Shown here: in pieces, positions 48,762-57,930 of the stretch | Position numbering within the stretch: the stretch's first letter is position 1 | Layout of the letters: each line of letters starts with the position of its first letter | Source: Candidatus Hodarchaeota archaeon | Lineage (GTDB): Archaea; Asgardarchaeota; Heimdallarchaeia; Hodarchaeales; Hodarchaeaceae | DNA: 64,000 nucleotides | NCBI GenBank assembly: GCA_016839815.1 | Contig: JAEOTM010000143.1 | Span: 1 to 64,000 of the forward strand | Direction: 5' to 3' | Notes under the pieces: model-generated | Seen by the model: only the letters and a program-made list of their open reading frames with translations | What the model was told of the DNA's origin: nothing | Database searches by the model: none | Position numbers and translations under genes: made by a program

Positions 48762-49448
48762 TTAAGTTTCAATAACATCTAAAACTTTTTTCAAGGATAC
48801 AGGGAGGTTGAAATCTACAACCGAATCCAGTTCAGTCTCAGAAATTGATTTCAATTGATTCTGTATTCGGTTATATATTGGATCAAGAATTTCTCTTTTC
48901 CCTCGAGTTTCAGGGTACTTGGGATTAACACTGCAACATCCTCCAGGGAGAATCGAGAGGTCATAATAGCCCCATTTTTTTGATAAACTCACTACTTCTT
49001 CCTTATTATATCCAATTAATGGACGAAGTGCAAGTATATCGGTCTTAGATGTCACTATAGGTAAATTATCGAGTGTTTGACTGGCCTGTTCTCCCATTAT
49101 TTCACCTGTAATAATTGCGTCTGCTCCTCGTAACTTTGCGAACATTTGGCCTTTGTAGAACATTTGCATTCTACAAAATAAGCATGTTTGTTGAATCTCT
49201 CTTCCTTTTAATCCATTCAGAATATTTTCTTGAGTTCTTCCATGAGTCATTATTGAGAGACTTATGGGTATATGCTTGTTACGAGCAGCAATTTGATTTG
49301 CTAAAGCTACTACCTTCTCCAATGTACCAGGCGAATGAAAAGGGTAATTATGATAATGTAAGAGTAAAGGTTGAAATCCGTTTTTTATCGCAATCTCGGT
49401 AGCAACTGGACTATCAATTCCACCAGAGAGGAAACATACAGCTTTCAT
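48762..49448 (-). CDS. Stand-alone ThiI-type PP-loop sulfurtransferase domain (no THUMP)
   Basis: SGGIDSPVA at residue 8, CLFC, TGEIMGEQASQTLDNL, RPLIGYNK, GGCC. Confidence 0.82.
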   Translation of the reverse strand: MKAVCFLSGGIDSPVATEIAIKNGFQPLLLHYHNYPFHSPGTLEKVVALANQIAARNKHIPISLSIMTHGRTQENILNGLKGREIQQTCLFCRMQMFYKGQMFAKLRGADAIITGEIMGEQASQTLDNLPIVTSKTDILALRPLIGYNKEEVVSLSKKWGYYDLSILPGGCCSVNPKYPETRGKREILDPIYNRIQNQLKSISETELDSVVDFNLPVSLKKVLDVIET

Positions 49449-49692
49449 TTGAAGTAGAATCCACGAAAATTTTCAAAAAGGCATTATCCTTTAGTATCGC
49501 AACAAAAATTTCAAACATAAGGAACTATTGGTATGAAATTGAGAATAAATAGCTCAAAAAGTGACACAAATCCCCATAATGGATGATTATAAGGAAATTT
49601 TAAATGGATCCGCAGATTAATGTGTACATTCAAGGCTAAACTGAAATTCACTTTAAATTTTCAAGTTAATTAAAAAAAAAAGTGCGTTTATA

Positions 49693-50010
49693 ATGGTTTT
49701 TAGTTATTCCATAAAAAAATGTGATAAAAATCCATTTCGGTGGTATATTTCTTTTAAACAGACAAAACCATTCTCTCTACGAAAAATAAAACAAGTTTTA
49801 GAGAGAAATTCTTATCGAACTTTGGCTACAACCCCAACCGTAATGGTATTTGAATCAAATTCCCTACGATTGACATGGAATTCTTATGGTTTGTTACAGG
49901 TAGATTTTAATGATATACAGGAGCGAAATGTTAATATTGTAGATGGTTTTGTTGTAGAACTTCTTGGATTATTATATCCAGATGAGGATTCGAGATATTT
50001 ACCATCGTAA
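49693..50010 (+). CDS. Hypothetical protein
   Basis: 105-aa ATG ORF filling an intergenic gap; no recognised motif. Confidence 0.5.
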   Translation: MVFSYSIKKCDKNPFRWYISFKQTKPFSLRKIKQVLERNSYRTLATTPTVMVFESNSLRLTWNSYGLLQVDFNDIQERNVNIVDGFVVELLGLLYPDEDSRYLPS

Positions 50011-50203
50011 GTGGGATATTTCTTACTAAACGACGAATAGACCCAATTCTTCTTTCTACCTAGCAACCAGTTTCATCAATTTCAAAAACATTAAAAACAA
50101 GGATAATGGTTTTTACCCTAGAATCAAAATCTACAAAGTAATTGTTCATAAAACAGAGAATCCTTAAATAATAGCTATTTATCCGGGAAAATTAGTGTAA
50201 TCG

Positions 50204-50686
50204 GTGACAATCTTGGGAAGTAAACCACTAGAAATAACTACTGAAAATAAAACTTACCTTTTCCCTTTAGACAGATACTATTTTACTCAAGAACCAGGAC
50301 ATATCTGGTTAAAACCAGAGGAGGATCTTTTTAAAGTAGGATTTGATGATTTTGGACAATCACAAGGTCCTATTCTACATATTAGAACTCGTCCTTTAGG
50401 AAAAGAATATTCCCAAGGAAAAGCTTTTGGAACTGTTGAAACAAACAAATTTATTGGACAATTGCGATTTCCCGTTTCTGGATCTATTATTGAGATTAAT
50501 TCTAAAGTCTTTGATGATCCTCAATTAATTAATACAGCACCTTATAAACAGTGGATAGCAAAAATTAAACCAACAAACTTAGATGAGGATCTTAAATCGA
50601 AGTATATTATTCCTATTGGGGATCGGGAGATTTTGGAAAAGTATATTACAGCAGAACTCATCAAATATGAGGATCCACCTATTTAG
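50204..50686 (+). CDS. Divergent GcvH-like lipoyl-carrier protein
   Basis: HIWLK, VGFDDFGQ, VETNKFIG (Lys at the lipoylation position), PVSG, INTAPY..WI. Confidence 0.8.
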   Translation: MTILGSKPLEITTENKTYLFPLDRYYFTQEPGHIWLKPEEDLFKVGFDDFGQSQGPILHIRTRPLGKEYSQGKAFGTVETNKFIGQLRFPVSGSIIEINSKVFDDPQLINTAPYKQWIAKIKPTNLDEDLKSKYIIPIGDREILEKYITAELIKYEDPPI

Positions 50687-50893
50687 TCATACGTTCCAGA
50701 TTACTCTCGTAGTACTTTGAAAATTTCTTCACTCTTTTATCTAATGTCCCCCAATCAGGATGAGTATTGAATTGTTTTTTTCCTCATCAAATACTCCGCG
50801 GACTTCTTCACTAGTAACTTTTTTATACTGGGAGAAATTAGGATCAACCGGAATATCATTTTTGTCGTTTCAGCTTTTGAAGGGGACAGTAAA

Positions 50894-51019
50894 ATGGATA
50901 TTATTACGATTCTACTCTCACTACTCGGACTCGGGCTAGTAGTGATACTTGGGGGCTTTCTAATAGTTGGAATTCTTGCTTTGATATATTTAATAATTAC
51001 AGGTAAGCGGTGGGATTAG
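50894..51019 (+). CDS. Small single-pass membrane protein (41 aa), below the ORF-track cutoff
   Basis: MDIITILLSLLGLGLVVILGGFLIVGILALIYLIITGKRWD*; purine-rich GAAGGGGA upstream. Confidence 0.55.
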   Translation: MDIITILLSLLGLGLVVILGGFLIVGILALIYLIITGKRWD

Positions 51020-51029
51020 GAAAATCCTT

Positions 51030-51527
51030 TTATTCGGTGTTAGATGAATAAGAAACCTTATTTCCTACGCTTTCGCTTAAATTTATTGTTATATTCGTTA
51101 TTACTTGGAGAATACTTGATTCTTTGAGTTTTTCTTTCATTTTCTGGTGAAGATATTTAGCGATACTTTCACAAGTAGTTTGATTTACGCCCTCAAGTAT
51201 TTTAACATCGTTTTGAGGGAAAGAATATATTTTTTCATTGATATGGATGTTCCAATTTCTCCCCTCTCGAGCTGATTGGAATTTGATCTCGGAGGAATTT
51301 CCTGGTAATAATATCTTATGATCCAATTCCGTAATTATTTGTTTTATCCACAAGTTAACTGTTCGAAAATCTAAAGTTTGGTCGGTAATATTCGACTGAT
51401 ATTTGAGTTGACATTCTACCGAATAATCGTGACCGTGGAGTCTATTACACTTTAAATAACCAACGAGAAAGTGACATGCCGAAAAATAATTACTTGGGCG
51501 TGAGTAATATTGCTCAATACTTGTCAT
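51030..51527 (-). CDS. queD: 6-carboxytetrahydropterin synthase / PTPS family
   Basis: FSACHFL...CNRLHGH, DFR..LDHK, TCESIA, LSES. Confidence 0.8.
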   Translation of the reverse strand: MTSIEQYYSRPSNYFSACHFLVGYLKCNRLHGHDYSVECQLKYQSNITDQTLDFRTVNLWIKQIITELDHKILLPGNSSEIKFQSAREGRNWNIHINEKIYSFPQNDVKILEGVNQTTCESIAKYLHQKMKEKLKESSILQVITNITINLSESVGNKVSYSSNTE

Positions 51528-51696
51528 GTTATTATTCTCTTAATTTTTCTTTCCTGCTTTCCTTATTTTTATAGTCCTTCATAAGCCCTTTTCGTCTATT
51601 TATACCGAGACTAAGCTGTCATATTATGATTGTGACATGGGATCTTTAATTTCAAGATGTGTATCCTTTATCTAGGGAACCAAAGGAGATTCAATC

Positions 51697-52221
51697 TTGG
51701 CCATTGAGAATATAGCAACTAAACTCATCCTAATTGGAGATGGTAGAGTCGGAAAAACATCCTTATGCTCTCATCTTCGAACTAAATCCATTCCTGGACA
51801 ATATAATTTAACTGTTGGATTAAATATTGAGGTTCACGAAACTTTAATGAAGGGTACATCAGTTAAACTTGTTTTATGGGACTTAGCAGGACAACATCGG
51901 TTCGGGTGTATTAGAAGCGATTTTTATCTAGGAGCGCGAGTTGCATTAATTGTTTTTGATGTACAGAATAGAGGCTCATTCTTTGATGTCAAACATTGGA
52001 TTAGAGAATTAAAACGTCACAGTCCAAACACACCTTTTATTCTTGTAGGTAATAAGAAAGATCTACACAAACGTGAAGTCTCACCTGAAGAAGCAAAACG
52101 AGTTGCCCAAGAGTTTTCAGCCTTTTACTTTGAAACTAGTGCACTCCAAGGAGAAAATGTTGAGGAATTGTTTCAGATGGCTACACGGCTTGCATTACAA
52201 GGAACTGCGGTAGCTTATTAA
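51697..52221 (+). CDS. Rab-like small GTPase (Ras superfamily)
   Basis: GDGRVGKTS, TVG, WDLAGQHRF, NKKD, ETSA; no C-terminal Cys prenylation motif. Confidence 0.92.
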   Translation: MAIENIATKLILIGDGRVGKTSLCSHLRTKSIPGQYNLTVGLNIEVHETLMKGTSVKLVLWDLAGQHRFGCIRSDFYLGARVALIVFDVQNRGSFFDVKHWIRELKRHSPNTPFILVGNKKDLHKREVSPEEAKRVAQEFSAFYFETSALQGENVEELFQMATRLALQGTAVAY

Positions 52222-52427
52222 TACAGAATTTCCATTTTTCGACTATCATCAGAACCTGAACCTGCACATCAAGAAACTGTTTTGATTAGCTTTATACAGG
52301 ACTCTCTCGAAAGTTACTTTAATCCAATCATATGCGGTTTTTTTTGTAATATTTCCCAATTCACTCTATTTAGAATGAATTAAAACGAGGGTAGATCACC
52401 TCTTAGGATATTCTTGGTGAAAGTTCA

Positions 52428-53063
52428 ATGGTTAGGAACTCTAAAGCTCAACGTTGTGCACTTTTTGTATTCACTGTGTTCATATTAATACTAAATAGTT
52501 CAATTCTTCAATCAAAAGGTTTTACTCAAGACAATGAAAATTATCCTTTTCAACTTTATATGGTTGCTAGTCCTGAGAATGTTTACCAAAACGATCATCT
52601 TAATATGAGTCTGTCAATTACCAATATCCATTTTGAGGAACTTCTCAATATTACTCTACAATTTAAAGTTCATAATGACTTACAATTGATAAAAAGTACA
52701 ATTCCAGAGTTAGATATAGAGAATGATACGAAAAAACGAGAATATACGATTGGAAGTTTGGACGTTGATGAAATTTATCTATTCCAGGTAGAATACAATG
52801 TAACAAGTTCTGACACAAAAACAATAAGTGTAGATGGCATGAATGTAAGTTATCAACTCCATAATGGATTATCCTCATTTGTCATTTCAAATTCAGTAAA
52901 TATCCTCCTTAAAGGTGCACAAATTACATCCGAAACTAACACTCTTCCTGACTTACCATCAAATTTAACAACTCCTGATGATAGTTTAGTTTATTTTGCG
53001 TTTTTATTTCCAATTGTTATGTTTGGAATAAGTATATTTGTACTTAGACGTCTTCGTCGATAG
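52428..53063 (+). CDS. Surface protein: signal peptide, Ig-like beta domain, C-terminal TM anchor
   Basis: Hydrophobic N-terminus, beta-rich core with NxS/T sequons, TM followed by RRLRR. Confidence 0.65.
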   Translation: MVRNSKAQRCALFVFTVFILILNSSILQSKGFTQDNENYPFQLYMVASPENVYQNDHLNMSLSITNIHFEELLNITLQFKVHNDLQLIKSTIPELDIENDTKKREYTIGSLDVDEIYLFQVEYNVTSSDTKTISVDGMNVSYQLHNGLSSFVISNSVNILLKGAQITSETNTLPDLPSNLTTPDDSLVYFAFLFPIVMFGISIFVLRRLRR

Positions 53064-53344
53064 TCATTGACAATAAATCTACCTTAATTCGTTAACTTTA
53101 GTCGATTAGAAGATATTTTGTACTTGTATGGTTTTTTAATGACAAAAATTGCATTCAAATTTTATTTCATTGCACTTATTGTTATTAAAAGATAGTTTGG
53201 CTCCATTATAATTGACATCAGAATGAACTTATACCTGTAATAAGAAATATCTATATTTTAATCATTCTTACCAAATGATTTAAATTTGACAGATGATCTA
53301 ATCTAAAAATGATAAGATCCTCGATTTAGGAGGTACTACCAGTT

Positions 53345-54763
53345 TTGCACTCTATACAGCACTTCACTCATCCATTTCTGCCCCAAACCAAATCTCAAAT
53401 CAAGACCATGTTAAAAACCATGAATATTTCAACAATTGAAGATCTTTATTCGGGAATTCCCAAAGAATTACGTTTTGAGGGAAAATTAAATCTACCTCAG
53501 ACTCATTCAGAACAGGAAACATTAAGTAAAATAAGGTCGATACTGGGAAAAAACGAGACTACTGACGATTTAACCTCGTTCTTAGGGGCAGGGGTTTATT
53601 CACATTATATTCCCTCGGTTGTACCTTCAATTGTGAATCGATCAGAATTTATTACCTCCTATACTCCTTACGCCCCTGAAGTCTCACAGGGTATGTTACA
53701 GGGTTTGTGGGAATATCAGTCGATGATAGCAGAATTAACACAACTTGACCTAGTAAATTCATCTATGTATGATTTTGCGACAGCCTTAGGTGAAGCTGCA
53801 TTGATGTCAGCACGTGCTACGAAAAAAGGAGTCTTTGTTGTCCCAGATTATTTACAGCCAGAGAGATTTAGTACTTTAGTGACGTATATGACTGGACCAA
53901 ATATCAAAATCGTAACTTATCCCTGTGACAAAGATACTGGCCAAGCTGATATGGAAAAACTGAAGAGTATTATTGAAGTGAATAACAATAAGATTAGTGG
54001 AGTTTATATTGAAAATCCTAATTTTTGGGGAGTAATTGAAGAACAAATTCAACAAATTGGAGAATTAGCTCATCTACAGAATTCCCTATTTATTATTGGA
54101 TTTGATCCAATATCATTGGGACTGCTAAAATCACCAGGAGAGTTAGGAGCTGATATAGCAATTGGAGACGGACAGTCTTTGGGCCTATCAATGAACTTTG
54201 GAGGTCCTCTATTAGGATTATTTGCAGTAAAAAATGACAAAAAATTAGTAAGATCGATGCCAGGCAGAATTATCGGATTAACGGTTGAGCAGAATTCTAC
54301 AAATAGAGCGTTTACGATGACCCTCCAAACTCGGGAACAACATATCAGACGAGAACGCGCCACATCGAATATATGTACAAATAATGCATTATGTGCTCTT
54401 ACTTCGACTGTTTATTTAAGCTTGCTCGGACCCAAGGGATTAAAAGCATTAGCAGAATCATGCCTTGCCAAATCCCACTACTTAGCAGAGAAATTGTCAG
54501 CGTTTGATGAGATCTACTCGCCACACTTTGATGGACCTTTTTTCAAAGAATTTGTGTTTACTTTGAAATCTCCCTCCCTAATGAAAGATTTCACACCATT
54601 TATGAGAGCGAGAGAAATTCTCCCTGGATTCTCTTTGCACAAGAACTTTCCATCATTAGAAGGGAGTTACCTCGCAAGTGTAACAGAGATGACGACTAGT
54701 AAAGATATTGATAGTTTTCTTGAGGCTGTTCAAGAATTCTTTCATGACCATGGAGGAAAATAA
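53345..54763 (+). CDS. gcvPA: Glycine dehydrogenase subunit 1
   Basis: FLGAGVYSH, YTPYAPEVSQG, NSSMYD, TREQHIRRERATSNICTN; SD AGGAGG before TTG. Confidence 0.95.
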   Translation: MHSIQHFTHPFLPQTKSQIKTMLKTMNISTIEDLYSGIPKELRFEGKLNLPQTHSEQETLSKIRSILGKNETTDDLTSFLGAGVYSHYIPSVVPSIVNRSEFITSYTPYAPEVSQGMLQGLWEYQSMIAELTQLDLVNSSMYDFATALGEAALMSARATKKGVFVVPDYLQPERFSTLVTYMTGPNIKIVTYPCDKDTGQADMEKLKSIIEVNNNKISGVYIENPNFWGVIEEQIQQIGELAHLQNSLFIIGFDPISLGLLKSPGELGADIAIGDGQSLGLSMNFGGPLLGLFAVKNDKKLVRSMPGRIIGLTVEQNSTNRAFTMTLQTREQHIRRERATSNICTNNALCALTSTVYLSLLGPKGLKALAESCLAKSHYLAEKLSAFDEIYSPHFDGPFFKEFVFTLKSPSLMKDFTPFMRAREILPGFSLHKNFPSLEGSYLASVTEMTTSKDIDSFLEAVQEFFHDHGGK

Positions 54764-54764
54764 G

Positions 54765-56291
54765 ATGTTTAAACAGAGTAAATGGCCAAAAACTTTGATA
54801 TTTGAAAAATCGACAAATGGTCGACAGGGTTTCCAAGTACCAAAATTATCCGCTCTGGAAAATAGCTTGCTGGAAAAGGCCAAAAAATCGCTTCCAAAGA
54901 ACTTACTCCGTGAAAAATCTCCCAATCTTCCTGAAGCTACAGAACTTGAAGTAGTACGTCATTTCACAAGACTCTCTCAAATGAATTACGGAGTTGACAC
55001 AGGATTTTACCCTCTAGGGAGTTGTACAATGAAGTACAATCCTAAAGTCTGTGATGCAGCTGCATCAATACCTAATGCTCTAAATGTTCATCCTTATCAA
55101 CCAGAAGAAAGTATTCAGGGCAACCTACAAATTATGTATGAATTATCGAATTGGTTGGCCGAACTTTCTGGAATGTCGGGAGTTACTCTACAACCAGCCG
55201 CAGGTGCTCATGGAGAATATACTGGTATAATGATTCTTCGAAAATATCATGAAACACAAAATAATCAACCAAAAAAATCTGAAATAATTGTACCAGATAG
55301 TGCTCATGGTACTAATCCTGCAACCGTTTCAATGTGCGGTTTTAAAACAATTGTAATACCATCAGATAACGAAGGTTGTGTAAATATTGAAGCACTTAAG
55401 GCTTCTGTTACTGAGAAGACAGCTGGTATGATGCTGACCAATCCAAATACCTTAGGTATTTTTGAACCCAATATCAAAGAAATTACCAAAATTATCCATG
55501 AGGTTGATGGATTAATGTATTATGATGGTGCTAATTTCAACGCTATTATGGGTAAGGTCAGACCAGGTGATATGGGATTTGATATTGTACATTTCAATCT
55601 TCACAAAACCTTTGCTACACCTCATGGAGGTGGAGGCCCTGGTGCTGGTCCTGTAGGAGTGATATCACGTCTCATTCCATTTCTTCCAGTTCCAACTGTT
55701 GCTTACAACTCAATGGATAATGCTTATTATTTCGACTATGAACATTCCCAAACTATAGGGAAAGTAAGAAGTTATTATGGAAATTTCTCCACATTATTAC
55801 GAGCTTATACATATATTCTTAGATTAGGACAATCTGGGTTAACACGAGTGTCAGAAATGGCAAATCTCAATGCAAACTATATGAAAACCCAGTGTGGGAA
55901 GATTGAAGGATTTAAGGTTCCTTATGGAGAAAAATCATCCTGTATGCATGAATTCGTTCTTTCTGCTAGAAAGATCTGTAAGGAGACAGGAATCTCAGCA
56001 CTAGACATATCAAAATATATACTTGACCATGGTCTTCATCCACCTACAGTATATTTCCCATTGATCGTTCCAGAGGCTATGATGATAGAACCAACTGAAA
56101 CGGAATCAAAAGAAGTCATTGATGACTTTATCGATGTACTACGTGAGGTTTCCAACTTAGCATATTCGAATAAATCTGATAGAATTCAGAAAGCACCAAC
56201 AAACACTTCTGTTGGAAGAATTGATGATGTAAAAGCTGCGAGAGAACCAATCATTAGTTACCGAATGCTGAAAGAGCTCCAAGAACAGTAA
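54765..56291 (+). CDS. gcvPB: Glycine dehydrogenase subunit 2
   Basis: PLGSCTMKYNP, QPAAGAHGE, SAHGTNPA, NLHKTFATPHGGGGPG (PLP Lys); ATG 54765 follows GGAGG. Confidence 0.95.
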   Translation: MFKQSKWPKTLIFEKSTNGRQGFQVPKLSALENSLLEKAKKSLPKNLLREKSPNLPEATELEVVRHFTRLSQMNYGVDTGFYPLGSCTMKYNPKVCDAAASIPNALNVHPYQPEESIQGNLQIMYELSNWLAELSGMSGVTLQPAAGAHGEYTGIMILRKYHETQNNQPKKSEIIVPDSAHGTNPATVSMCGFKTIVIPSDNEGCVNIEALKASVTEKTAGMMLTNPNTLGIFEPNIKEITKIIHEVDGLMYYDGANFNAIMGKVRPGDMGFDIVHFNLHKTFATPHGGGGPGAGPVGVISRLIPFLPVPTVAYNSMDNAYYFDYEHSQTIGKVRSYYGNFSTLLRAYTYILRLGQSGLTRVSEMANLNANYMKTQCGKIEGFKVPYGEKSSCMHEFVLSARKICKETGISALDISKYILDHGLHPPTVYFPLIVPEAMMIEPTETESKEVIDDFIDVLREVSNLAYSNKSDRIQKAPTNTSVGRIDDVKAAREPIISYRMLKELQEQ

Positions 56292-56312
56292 AAGTGCCCA
56301 GATTTGGATCTT

Positions 56313-56963
56313 TTATGGTTTTTTAGTTACGATCGAAGATTTATGCTCAAGAATTTCTTTGAATGTCTCTACTAATTGAAGTCGATTTAATGCGAGAGTT
56401 ACATCTCCACGAGTTCTCTCTGTTAGATTTCGCACAAAATCAGTTTTTTTTCGGAGATTATATGTTAGACTATCAGGAAAATCGATTGTAAGTAATAACG
56501 TGTATAGGTCATCCATAAGATCTAATGCACTAACTACAATTTCAATATCATCTTCCTTTCTTAGAGTGTCTAAAACAACACGTCGTAATTCACCCACGAA
56601 ATCAGTAATACCATGGATGTATCCCAAATATGGGATTTGTAAATCGGTATAAGTGGGAAAAGGAGTTTGAGTGAGAAAAGAATGAAGAAAAACAGCCTCA
56701 GCATATTCTTGATTGCATGTTAATATCATCCCAAACCGTATTTGATCCATTTGGTTTGATAGTTCATTAATTTCAATAATTAGCGCTTTATTCTCGGAGA
56801 TTAACTTTTCAGCTTCTTGGAGATCACCCCGATGTAAGTACTTGATTGCGTGAGATGATTTCTGAACAGATAATCGAGAGAGGGATAATATTTTCTCACG
56901 AACATCATTTGCTTTGGTTAACTCCCCACAAATTTCATTAAATATTGTTTGCAATTCTTCCAT
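56313..56963 (-). CDS. Translin/TRAX (C3PO) family RNase
   Basis: REKILSLSR, QEYAEA, YIHGITDFVGELRR, LRKKTD; acidic catalytic residues intact. Confidence 0.88.
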   Translation of the reverse strand: MEELQTIFNEICGELTKANDVREKILSLSRLSVQKSSHAIKYLHRGDLQEAEKLISENKALIIEINELSNQMDQIRFGMILTCNQEYAEAVFLHSFLTQTPFPTYTDLQIPYLGYIHGITDFVGELRRVVLDTLRKEDDIEIVVSALDLMDDLYTLLLTIDFPDSLTYNLRKKTDFVRNLTERTRGDVTLALNRLQLVETFKEILEHKSSIVTKKP

Positions 56964-56992
56964 AAATTTTCACTGGAATCCTAAGATAAAAA

Positions 56993-57077
56993 TGCGGGGG
57001 GTGAGATTTGAACTCACGAACGCCTATGCGACTGGATCCTAAGTCCAGCTCCTTTGACCTGGCTGGGAAACCCCCGC
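56993..57077 (-). tRNA. tRNA-Leu(UAG)
   Basis: GCGGGGG acceptor; CTGGA-CTTAGGA-TCCAG anticodon arm; long variable arm; GTTCAAATC; CCA not encoded. Confidence 0.95.
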
Positions 57078-57084
57078 ATCCACA

Positions 57085-57399
57085 TCAAAATTCTAATTTG
57101 ATGCCAACTGCTTGTCGTATTAATTCTGCAACAGGATCTTTTGAACCTTTCACCTGTGATGGAATTTCAAGTATAACTGGATATAAATTCTTTGCCATAT
57201 AATTGCTAATTGGTTGATGATTTCCCTCTGCAATTTTTGAAGTGATTAGAATAATACTTACATCCTCCCGTTGCCATAAATCGGTTAGTATCGATAATGC
57301 AGTTCTTTCTGTTTCATCTTCGATAGGATAAATTTCACCAACCCCTGCAAGTTTAAGCCATGAACACGTCTCTGGGTCACCAACAGCGGCAATATTCAT
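57085..57399 (-). CDS. atpF: A/V-type ATP synthase subunit F
   Basis: IAAVGDPET..WLKLAGV, ILITSKIA, PVILEIP, LIRQAVG. Confidence 0.9.
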   Translation of the reverse strand: MNIAAVGDPETCSWLKLAGVGEIYPIEDETERTALSILTDLWQREDVSIILITSKIAEGNHQPISNYMAKNLYPVILEIPSQVKGSKDPVAELIRQAVGIKLEF

Positions 57400-57412
57400 A
57401 ACTTTTCACTTC

Positions 57413-57727
57413 CTAACTATCTAAAATCAACTTCAAAACAGTTTCAATAGCTTCTTGTTTATTATTTACTACTTTCTCTTTCAAAGCTGATTCTTTTGCT
57501 TGAAAATCAGTCATTAGTTCATTTTTTTTACCAGTAATTTTACCTTGAATAGCTGATTGCGAATCCTCTTCACTACTTTTTTTTATAACCACTGATTCTT
57601 GTAATAATCGCTTTGCAGATTCTTTAGCACGGGAAATAACCGCTTTTGATTCAACGGTTGCTTCCTGTACGATAACTTCAGCTTTCTTTTCCGCGTCCCG
57701 AATGAGATGTAAAAGGTCACCAGCCAT
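57413..57727 (-). CDS. atpH: A/V-type ATP synthase peripheral-stalk subunit H (G-like)
   Basis: LIRDAEKKAEVIVQEA...A coiled-coil pattern; about 100 aa; adjacent to subunit F. Confidence 0.7.
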   Translation of the reverse strand: MAGDLLHLIRDAEKKAEVIVQEATVESKAVISRAKESAKRLLQESVVIKKSSEEDSQSAIQGKITGKKNELMTDFQAKESALKEKVVNNKQEAIETVLKLILDS

Positions 57728-57758
57728 TTAAAATGCCTCATAATTTCTATAGGAAGAA

Positions 57759-57832
57759 TGGGCCGGAGCAGATTTGAACTGCCGACTTCCACCTTGTAAG
57801 GGTGGCGTCATACCGGGCTAGACCACCGGCCC
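57759..57832 (-). tRNA. tRNA-Val(UAC)
   Basis: GGGCCGG acceptor; CCACC-CTTACAA-GGTGG anticodon arm; GTTCAAATC; CCA not encoded. Confidence 0.95.
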
Positions 57833-57930
57833 AAATGAAAAAACTCCTTATTTGTATGGTAATTCTAAATTTATTTAATATTTTTGAGAAGTCTTTTTAA
57901 TTCAAAATACTCTTTTATTTTTGAGAGATT

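Noticed and set aside
50690-50860. Short minus-strand reading frames suggesting a gene remnant
   Set aside because: The frames are under 45 codons, lack a consistent start and have no recognisable motif.
53064-53344. Possible glycine riboswitch upstream of gcvPA
   Set aside because: No GGAGA...CCGAAG...CTCTCAGG-type core is visible; the region is simply AT-rich.
57008-57202. 64-aa plus-strand ORF, and likewise 57583-57792
   Set aside because: These overlap tRNA-Leu/atpF and tRNA-Val/atpH and are shadow frames.
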